A DNA stretch of 64,000 nt, from contig NC_134027.1 in NCBI RefSeq assembly GCF_964204645.1, forward strand, positions 19,244,560 through 19,308,559. Reading direction: 5' to 3'. Below, piece by piece: positions 53,584 through 64,000 of the stretch; position 1 is the stretch's first letter, and each line of letters starts with the position of its first letter. The notes under the pieces are model-generated. The model did no database searches. It saw only the letters and a list, made by a program, of their open reading frames with translations, and was not told where the DNA came from. The stretch is from Tubulanus polymorphus. Taxonomy: Eukaryota > Animalia > Nemertea. The position numbers were made by a program, and so were the translations under genes.

Positions 53584-56079
53584 TAAAGTTGAGTTAGTAA
53601 AATAGAATTCTTTAAATCCATTTCAGAGAATCGTTACTGAAGCAGAAAAACTACATAAAGCATATGAAAATACAAATTTCACCGAAAATCCTGAGTTAAA
53701 AGAGAAGGTTTGTATCATAACACTTGTTTTACTTTCAGCACTTTGCCATCATCTTTAATTTGTCTAAAACAAATGCCAAAATGAGATCAAATCGATGACG
53801 ACATATCAGTGGAACTGAAACTGGCTCAGGTGACTGAACCATAGGAGTGAATTTCTCGGTTTTCAGCGGTTTCTCGCTCTCTAAGCTGTAAAAATCTTTG
53901 TTTTTATTATTCGCCCAAATCTAAAGAGAATGCGAATTGTATTTTTCAATGCGATGAAGTATATTTTTCTACAATGTACAAAACATTTTGAGATGGTTAT
54001 TCGTTGGACAAGTTGAATGCTCTTATCCTGACGGTTGATTTCAATTGATGTAATCGGGATGAAAATATCAAAATTTTCGCACAAAATTTTGTTTGTTTTT
54101 GGGTCCGGTTGGTTCCAATTAGTTCTCCAGACTTACCTGATAAATAACAAGCTGAAGTAGAATTTTTAAGAAGGAGGTACAAATGTGTTAATGTGATAAC
54201 ATGTTATAGCGTTTTTTACCCTGGTCCCAGGAGCAAGTCCGTGCCAAATTTTCGCATAGATCAAATAACTGTGTGAATGCCAACTGGCTTGAAAGTAACT
54301 CATTTCATCAATGATGATAGCATTTTGGTGATGATTGAGTGATTTACGTGTGAACATGCTCTCTAAGGCATGGGCCAAATGTGAACTGTGGGTCAGTTTG
54401 ACACAGATTGCCTATAAAACCTGCCTATAAAGGCTAACAAAACACAAAATTTCTAAGGCCTTTTACATCTTGCAGACTCTTCTCCTGCCGTCAGGAAGCT
54501 CCTTCACGAACACATTTCATGATTTACAAAATGTACGTACAATACGTCATGTACTGCGTAATGTTTCGATATAGATTTCAAGTGTCCGTAGAAAACATCT
54601 AAAACATTATGCGCACAAAACATCAAAATTAGTGAAACTGATCCAAGATCACACCAAGATCACACGGACAAGCAGGCACTAACGTGAACTTTCGCATATG
54701 AAAGCTTGTATCTCCTTCAGTCTTCGAAGTTTTACATTTCAGAGAAAATTCATCACTTAATTCTGTATAATTTACTGGAAATGTGGGCGACGTTTTCAGA
54801 TGTCACCGTTTCATATGTCGTATATTCTCGGCATGATAATTTGATCCTTACAAACAGCTCCACACTGCTGGCAAGATGTATCATTTTCAACATCATAAAA
54901 TCATCAACTGCCTAAGGATATAACGACCCGCTCAAAAAACAGTGTTTATGACAACTTCACTGAAAATTGTTTCTAAATTTCATCATGAATATAGATTGAT
55001 CCGCTATATATATCAGCTATAAATTTATGTATGGCCTTTATCGAATTTCAAATGATAGTTGAACAAGAATTTGGGTAAGTTGCTATTGCTGGCTATTGGT
55101 AACTTCGTTGGTAAGACTCCAGTAACACTAACCATTTTAAGATAAAGCTTTTTTTGTGACACCTGGCTCTGGGTTTAAAAGGGCTGAATTCTTAAAATCA
55201 ATTTCATTTCCTCAATAATTCAGTGTAACTCGACTAAAGAGATTGTTTATCTTGTGAAACGAAAAGTTTTAACTTCAAGCTAAGACATTATGGAACTGGT
55301 TCATGAAAATGCTTCACGCTTCAGCCTTTCGCTGTGTATGATAATTGGTTGTGAGGCAAATGTATTTTATATTGATGGTCACCCTTTATATTAGTAAGAT
55401 TTGTGAGAATCAATGATAAATTTTTATAGCGCTGCCGAGAAGTGTATCGTATGCCCATGTCTTAAGATGGTCGAAATTGCCTTAATCATATTTTTGTATG
55501 AGCAGACTGGCTGCGCTGTCAGTTCTCGGAAATAGCGTGCTTCTTTTTCTGGTTCAGAATAGTTCAGCTCATCCCTCAGAGGGGTTAAAGAAAAAGTTGA
55601 CTAATCTTATGTAGAATAAAAGTAGGTGACTTCTATAACCTAAGCCAGAATTGTTGCTGTCAATTAATAAATTGTAGTTAATTTAAACTTCAGTGCTGAA
55701 CCTATAGTTCATTGGGGCAATGGTACTGAAACTGTCCTGAATAACATAAACGCACCAGCTGGATACATGTTATCTTTTATGATAGGTTTACACAAACAAC
55801 TTTTTGAAGGGAAGTTGAGACAACTTTTCAACTTTTTGATCGCTCAACTTTTGGTCCAGTTACAAAAATAAACACGGTTTTGTCAAAATTCTTGTTCACA
55901 CACATACAACATAATTTACACAACTCGATCAGACTGAGATACAGCAGATCATTTACCCGGACGTAGATGAACAAGAACGCATAATTGAAATAGCAATAAA
56001 AAAAGAACATCACGAAAAAGATAAGACAACTCCACCATGGCTCATATATCTCCAGTCTCATATACCAACTATTTGAGAG

Positions 56080-57418
56080 CACAGTTGCTTGTAAACTGGC
56101 TCGAATTTTATTTCCGGTTTGTTGATAATCTCGCCAGAATGGTGCTAAATTTGAAATGCAAATAAATTCAAAATATCACGGAAATACTTTGCTAGGACAG
56201 CGGTAGGCTGAGCCTATTACTATACAAATGGAGCGAATCTAAATTACATTGTTTCCAGAGCAAAGGCTCTTTGACTGTGCAACTGAACATATATTCATAC
56301 AAATCATTCATTCGAGCATTATCCAACATTCTCCAACCCCTATGAAGCTGAATTTTAAAAAAGGGCCTCGTTGAAATATATGGGCTTTTTCGCAAAAATC
56401 TAAACGCAAAAATATCTGTTTTGAAAAGCCAATCAGAAAGCAAAGACTCCTCTGTGATTGGCTTAGCTGCAGAGATCAGCAGGTGTTCACGTGAACCTGC
56501 AGTATCGTCTACCGTTTTACTTCCGGGTTTTATTTTAAGATCTAAAATTGCATTTCAAGATCGGTTTCTGTGAAATCTTTAGTTGACTTGGTTTTTGGAA
56601 GGGATATTTTCATTTGCACTACAGAAAATATCATTGACATTTATGCAAAGTCCGGGAAAAAAGCTTTTCTCAAATCGGATGGATGACCTTTATATGCTAA
56701 TTATCCATGTGCACGAATTGCAAATTCAATCAAATCTTATTTTGCAAAAATATCAAATCCAATTCAATTTTACTTTATTGCACAAATTAAACATAAAATC
56801 CAATTCAATTATGTTTTATCGAGCAAATTTCAGAAAATTCAATTCTATTCTGCATTCAAATCGATAAGACCAAGGGAAAAGATTTATCTGAGGTATTTGT
56901 TTCTGCCAGCTCCAGTCGCTGTGTGTGCTACTTATGAAAACACGATTGTAATGTGGAAATTATAGGTATGGTCATCGAGCTGGAACTGTATTTTGACAAA
57001 TATAACGTCAAAGTACATATTATAGCTTTTCTACATCAATTCAAAAATTGATACTTTCCTTGGAAGTGTGATTGTCTTGGCTAGACATAGGTTTTTGAGA
57101 TAAATCAATTAAACCTGAACTGATCATAGACTTCGGAAAGTTGCCGCGCATGCGTAGTGGTTTCCGCCGCATCAATACGGTCGCGGCAAAAGTGAAGTCG
57201 TTTCATCCCCAATTATTTTTATATAGCACAGCATCGCGACCGCCTGATAATGATCCTTAAGGACCAATTGTTTATCAGAACTTAATGTTGGATAAATAAA
57301 TAAACATAAGGTATTTCCATGATATTTTGAATTTATTTGCATTTCAAATTTAGCACCATTCTCAAGAGATTGTCAACAACCCGGAAATAAAATCCAAGCC
57401 AGTTTACAAGCCCCTGTG
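56080..57418. mobile_element. Non-autonomous P-superfamily-like DNA transposon, 1339 bp
   Basis: Imperfect TIRs of about 110 bp (56080-56190 versus 57308-57418) starting CACAG. Perfect 7-bp TSD TTGAGAG (56073-56079 and 57419-57425). CANRG termini with a 7-8 bp TSD are typical of P elements. Confidence 0.85.
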
Positions 57419-60400
57419 TTGAGAGTCACTAAAATTCGATTTGATGAGATCCTATTAGAGGTTTATTGTTTTATTATAGCAGAAATATATGCCCTCTCTT
57501 ATCAGAAAGAAAGAAGCGTGCGAATATACTGCAGGTTAATTGCCTAGATTTCTCTCGATTTCTTTACTGATTCGAGAGAAATAGAACATATTCTATTTCT
57601 CTTTAACTAGAGAGAAATCAAGAACTTTTTTGTTCATGCACACAACTCACCTCAAAATTGTTGTGCTTGACTCTTGAGTGCATTTAATGCTCTAGAAATA
57701 GACCCATAGCCAAATATTGAAACCTACAACTGTGGAGCTGGTCTTTCTAGAGATAAATAACAATACTATGTAACTGGATGTGGAGTCAAACTGGGTTCCA
57801 TATTCATACGTGCCAGTGTTGAAATGTATCTCTAGAATAAAATTGAGCATATAACTGTGACTCTAGAACTGGTGTGAATCCATTTTCAATTGTCTCTGTT
57901 GAAACATGAGTGTAAATGGTTTCAAAGTGGCTGACAGTGTAATTATTGATCTATTTGTATCAGTAATGGTAATCAATACATATTCTTTCACTCTCTGTTG
58001 TGTATGCGTCTCTGTTTGTGGCCTAGCCATTCACATGCTTCTTACTATTGATTCTCCTTCGTATTTCGTTTCACTGGCTTTGATTCCTGATAGAAAAAAA
58101 ATTCTTCATCCTATGGTCGATGAATACCAATTAAGATCTCATAATGAGCGACTCATTCGACACGTTTTCTTTGGCAAAAAATAAAGAAAAAAAGGTATCG
58201 ATTTTTTCCAGCATGGTGGTTAAAAAAAAAAAATGTTAAGCGAGAAGCAATGAAAAATGTTAAGCGAGAAGAAATGATAAGCCAATCTTAATCTCTTGTC
58301 TCGCCCCGGCAGGATGGGGTGGAGTTCTTGTTTTTATACAGCGGGATCAGTTCGCTCTTCCTCTCATGATGTGCAATTTTCTTGACACTTGGTTGGTGTA
58401 ATGCAGCAGTCAATGACAATTCTCTACCTTCGGTCAGATATAGACACCTATTCGACTTCAGACAATAGCAATTTTGTCGACCATAATTTTCACCAATGTC
58501 GACTTTCTGCCAAATGATAAATTTTCTTAACGTCTCTTAATCTTAATCGATGATAACAATTATAAGATACCAATTGATTATTTTATCTTGCACCGAATGA
58601 TGAAAATTATTGCCAGGGTATCCTTTAATTACTCGGAGGAACTCTGGTGAATCTCGTGTAACAATGTCCAGGTGTCAATTCCTAACCTTCGATGATTTTA
58701 TGATCTAGTGAAAACCTGTCGTTCATGGTTATGATATGAACACTTTAATGTCCAATTCTGACAAGTATGAAAATGGTGTCTAGTGTCGACTTCCCGACTT
58801 GTGGGGATACGGGATTGTCATTGAACGCTGCATAATGGGTAGGCTCCAGTAGAATCAAGTTTACCTCTTTTTTTTACAATGGCCAGCATGCAGACTGCTC
58901 AAATATCTTTGTTTGTGCAGTAAGACACTGTATAAATGAGATGGAATTACCAGAAACTTAGTAGGTATGATGGCTAAGACCTTACAGGCTAACTGGCAGC
59001 CATTTTGGCATCTTCGTATGTAGTGATATTTGCATGGATAACTATTCTTACGTTACGTATTTTGATGAAACTTGGCACACATTTTCAGTGTGGTATGTAG
59101 TAATGTACCTGCAATACATTTAACAAAAATAATTATCTGTCCCAGCGACCTTGACTTACAAATTTGACCAATTCATTATTTATTGATACTCCTAGTTTCA
59201 AGAACAAATAGGCTATATATGTCAATAAAGTTACAGGTACAAACAATACAACAACACTGAAAAGAGGGAACAAACAAGTACCCATAAACAAATTAACAAT
59301 TCAAACTTTTTTGCAGTTGACAAGTTACAAGAAATGTTAAGAATTTAAGTCACGATAAGTTAAGAATTTAAGACGTATTCCTCCCCCAGTACCTTGCATA
59401 ATGGGTATACCGCTGTTATTCAGATGCGTCTACACTGTTGGTATATTTCAGCATGTTTGATAGGTGCTGCCATCTTTTAATAGATGTAATAACTTTTAAT
59501 AACTTAACTTATTTGTACACCATGATGTGGCGTACTAGTGAATTTCATCAACAATTTATACGCTGCACTGCTGTGTAAACACACTTGAAGGGTTATAGAT
59601 CCACCAGATTGGCTCAAGTCCCTAAGTCAGTTAATCCCTTCCAAATTAAAAAAAAAAGATCAAATGGGACTTTTCTCAATAAATCAATTGTTAATGAAAA
59701 CTTAACCAATCACTGAGTAATAAAATGAACTTGATGAACTATATTTGATGGGTCATGTGGTAATGTATGCATTCTGGAGTCTAAAGATCCAGGATGAATG
59801 CTTGTCTTGCCATCTGGTAGGCTAGCTGGTATTGCAGTTCCCCACTATCTTTCCTAATTTTCATAAAAAGCGATGACTTTGCTCAAAATGAAATGAAAGA
59901 AAAATTGAGGAAATAAAAATAGATAAAAGATTGCATTTCATTTCACTTCCTAATACTTTCAAAACAGTGTCGCTCGGATCAATAAGAGCTTTGCGTTCAC
60001 TGAAATTTATGTGTAAATTCATTCAGTGATAATGATTAATGCACACAAATGGGGAACTGCGGCATAAGCCTATCTCACCAGATAGGGTGATATATATGGT
60101 GTGTCACACGTTTGTGAAAGATTAAATCATTTTCATTCAACTTTGATCTGGATTTTAGGCTCTCCTAATGTATATATGTGAGCTGCAAAAAGATGTAACA
60201 TGGGCAGATCTATGATTTTAGAAGCGTCAATATATATTTCACTTTCAACTCTGCTGTTTGGTATAGTTTTCATGAATTTCACTTGAGCCAGATGAAGAGC
60301 AAATTGAAGAAATTGAAGTTACTATAAACTGTGAACCTGGCAGCTCCGGCCTTAATTTTCATTTCCAAATACATGTATAAGTAACCTTAATCTTGAATAG

Positions 60401-60909
60401 CCAGTTAGGTGTAACTATGATAGGGTTAGAATCTACCTTCTAAAAGCAGATTGGGAAGAGCTCCATGTTGTATATAGCCAGTATTATGTCTTCTCACAGT
60501 CATCAATTAGGAAAATGGCTGCAATCGCTGCGACTATAATGCGTTCAGTAACTACTGAAAAGGTCATCGTTGATGTGTCTTACTTTGTTCCGATGACATT
60601 TTATCTGCGGCTGTTATTTACTGACAACGTGTCTAATGTTATCTTTCCCGCCGCTACAGTGATCCTTAGTTTTTGATTCCCTAGTGGTTTTATTGTCACT
60701 TTGGTCCACTTCCCGTCTCTCATGTGCCCAATTCAGTCTATCTATCACATTGTTTTTTCGATAGAACACGGTCCATTTTCTCGCTGTATGCATTAGCTAT
60801 TGTTCCCTAGTGTTTCCTGCTATGATGAACACCTTCCTGTTCATCTAAACACTCCTTTCATTGTTATAAGTAGATGGTGTTTTTCAGTCAACCTCCTACG
60901 TTACCATAT

Positions 60910-61130
60910 CTCACCCTCTTCTCTCTATCGCTGTCACTCTCTCTGTCTCTCTCTCCATCTGTCTCTCTGTCTGTCCCTCCCCTCCCCTCCCATCCCCTGT
61001 CTCTTCCCTCCTTTCCCTCCCCTACCCTCTTGGTCTGTTTTTCCCTAGCTGTTCCAGCTTCTCTTAGTTAGTTTCCCATTCTTATGTTCGCTCCACTCTG
61101 CTTTCTCTTTCCTCTTTCCATCTGTCGTAG
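60910..61130 (+). repeat. CT-rich low-complexity tract ending at an AG acceptor-like site
   Basis: Polypyrimidine/(CT)n sequence ending ...CCATCTGTCGTAG at 61130. Confidence 0.8.
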
Positions 61131-62446
61131 AAGTTATTGATAATGTTGCATTATTACTGATGCCGAATGTGAACAAACAAAAAACCACTTTCATCATTTT
61201 ATAGATTTCCTGTTTGCTTAGAAACCGTCTATAAATATACTGCTGAAAGTCTCCGCACTGAGAACATTATTCTTACCAACTTCCACCAACTTCCGTTGTG
61301 TTCAGCTATAAGAATATGACTTCACACAATCAAATCTATAACGCTATACAGGCAAATGTACAGCAATTTGAGTGCTCACTTTTTTAATTGCAGCTCCCTG
61401 AATGTCGATTTTAGTTGTACTGAATATAAATAATTATATGAAGTTTTTTATTTTATTCAAATTGCTAAGCTTTCATGCGTGGTAAGCTGTGACTTCTGTC
61501 TTTCCTTGTAAAGCTCAGTTTCACTATGAAGACTACCAAAGTCTATCACAATCACTTGGCGATGATTATACAGAGCTACCAATCATTGCGATTTGTCCAT
61601 AACCTTTATGTGAAAATACGGCATTCTGATTTTAGAAAATTGTTACGGATTTTTATTCATCTAAGAATACTGAAAAAATTTGATAAGTTACAGATAAACT
61701 AAATCAATTTCCATGGCAAATTGCATCGTTTTTCCTAATCTTTCAGAATCATACTTGTCAACTCAAATTATGCTCTCAATATGACACTGTACTAGTGTCC
61801 CATCTTCACTAAGATGAAGATGGCGCAATAGTATAGTGTCAGAAGTTGTGAAACAAAAATTTAGTTTGACATGGCTTACCCTAATACAGATTTCAATACT
61901 GATTTTTAAAATGTCTTCTGGTTTGAAAATTTACACCTACTGGAACATTTTTGAAAATACTGATTAACTTGGACATTGCTCAGCAAAAGATAAAATCCAG
62001 GTTGGCAGCTCTGATAGTAAGTAGCTTCAATTCACTGATAACCAGCACAGTTGCACTCCATGCTAACAGGTTTAGAATCTTGACCCTTTGACAACTTATC
62101 TTTACCCACGCCAGGTCAATGATTCAATTTTGATGTTTTCATCACTTTTAATCGAGAAAGCTCTTTGTCAGGCATAAGAGCCTAAAGGAATAATGCACTT
62201 GTTGGTAATGGTCTACCATTTACTTGAATTTTTGAGCCACTTTGCAAGGTCATGCGATCCAATTAGGCTACCTTAAGCCATAGAAGACGTGATTTTGACA
62301 TAAAAAGGCTCCTTAAGTGACCATACAATTTTGGTTACCATAATGTAGACCATATATTTTGTATCCAATATAATTGTCTTATTAGATAAACCAATTTTGT
62401 AGAATGTACAAGTAGAAGTAGAACAGACTTAATTCTGTACAAGGTT

Positions 62447-62548
62447 ATAATACCAGAGGTAAAATGCAATAGGTAATAATGCCAGAAGTGAAAATGCCAG
62501 AGGTAAAAATGCCAGGGGTGTTATAATGCCAGAGGTAAAAATGCCAGA
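62447..62548. repeat. Tandem repeat of about 15 bp
   Basis: (AATGCCAGAGGTAAA)n-like units. Confidence 0.85.
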
Positions 62549-63819
62549 AAGATATATGTACTATATTTGTATATTCATATTCAAAATAATAACAACAAAA
62601 ACAAGATTTTGAATCTAATGCTTTCAACCAAACTTTTTGTTCGATTAATTATAAGAACCTAGTGTGTCAAATCTTCGTGAACTATTCATTTCATTGTTGA
62701 TTTGATATTATAATTTGCAGAAAATTAGCTTGTCAAAAGCTTCTCATAAACTATTCATATAATTGTTTGATTTGATATTTCAGATTACAACAAGCAAATG
62801 ATCTATATTCTATCTAATTGCGCGATCATTTTCTAATGTCCAGTAATCTTGAAATATGTTGTTTCCAAGTGTCTCCTAGTGTAAATAAATTTCATTTCCA
62901 ATGTTAATACATACATGTATATATGCTCTTGCTTTAACTGCCTATGTCTTACTTTTTAAAGATAGATTTCTAATTCACTTTTCATTTTCAATTATCTAGA
63001 ACCATGTTATATCTAAACTGTGCGCTCGGTATGTCAAATCTAGTGTACCGGTAATATGAATATAACATGTTCAATATCAATGAATTCATATATTTGCCTA
63101 GTCATCTGCATATTTCCATCAGTTAATATCCCCTGCCGAATGTGATGTCAAAGGGTTAAAGTGTTATGTTGTTTTGTTAGATTGGACACATTTAAAGATA
63201 TTGCCTTGACTGTGCAACTGATTCCATTCTGTGAAAATTATTTGGTTTTCCACTTTTACATCAGTGCCCTCACAACATCATTACTTCATTAATTCAAAGA
63301 ACCTGTTCATTTTTGCAGAAGGGAAAGATAAAATGATCAAATTACAGAATTATATATTGCGTATTGGTAGATGAAGACATTCCATTTTTGAGTTGAAAAA
63401 CCTACTTAGTACGAGGTCCAATTTTTCAGTTGTTTGCATTTGAATTATTCTTACCTATGTAGGTAAATCACCCTGAAATACTTTTCACTGAAACCTTAGT
63501 TTAAGGGTTTTACAACTTCTAAATCAAATATGATGGATTTCTTAGGACTTTGATGAGTCTACCGGATCAGTTAGTTCACTTCAGGCTCCTCAGAGTAGAC
63601 ACGTAGAGCTTTACTATGCGAGAAGGTTCACATCAGGGCCTATAGACTGATATCAGGTTTCATCGCTCAGATGAAAGTAACTAGAGATTTGATTGAAATG
63701 AGATAATTGATAATGAAATAACATAATTATCTAATATATAGATACACATCACGTCTGTGGCTATATAGACTTCAAAGTAAAAAATATAGCTTTTCTAGAT
63801 GACTATTTGACTTTTCATG

Positions 63820-63943
63820 TTTCACTTGCAAAGTAGTGTCTTAAGTCAAAAGTAGTCTTTAAGTTGGTAGATTCAGTATAAAACTAAGATGGTCTTAGAC
63901 TGGTCTTATATCTAAGCCCTAAGTGGTGCAAGCGGTCGCCAGG
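63820..63943 (+). mobile_element. MITE family A copy
   Basis: AACTAAGATGGTCTTAGACTGGTCTTATATCTAAGC core with degenerate termini. Confidence 0.7.
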
Positions 63944-64000
63944 TTTATGGGCTCCAATTTTTTCTTTAGAAAAGAAAGGGATGTTCGAGTATTAGTTGAT

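Noticed and set aside
58229-58278. 24-bp tandem duplication
   Set aside because: Ordinary slippage duplication next to an A-run with no further structure.
1099-62627. The roughly 100 short ORFs (60-160 aa) in the supplied track outside the LINE
   Set aside because: No recognisable domains, many non-ATG starts, and lengths and composition expected by chance in AT-rich DNA or derived from repeats.

Overview
This is AT-rich animal genomic DNA. The repeat families suggest a marine invertebrate, which is an inference. No intact host protein-coding ORF is recognisable. The only clearly protein-coding sequence is a frameshifted L2-clade LINE (APE endonuclease plus reverse transcriptase, minus strand, 43216-46583) and a MADF/Myb-SANT fragment inside a Harbinger-type element (9631-9768). 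The rest is a dense, often nested mosaic of non-autonomous DNA transposons (PIF/Harbinger-, P-, Tc1/mariner-, piggyBac- and Helentron/HINE-like), a tRNA-derived SINE head, and mini- and microsatellites, separated by unique CpG-retaining patches. Plus-strand splice signals suggest the window lies inside a very large plus-strand gene. These include a strong AG|GTAAG ratchet-like site at 238, a 24-nt cassette at 4331-4354, and a series of strong orphan acceptors followed by short phase-2 tails, which may be an array of alternative C-terminal exons. TA-flanked palindromic octamers (TAGGCCTA, TACATGTA, TACCGGTA) are conspicuously frequent and look like accumulated transposon-excision scars. All coordinates and alignments were read by eye.
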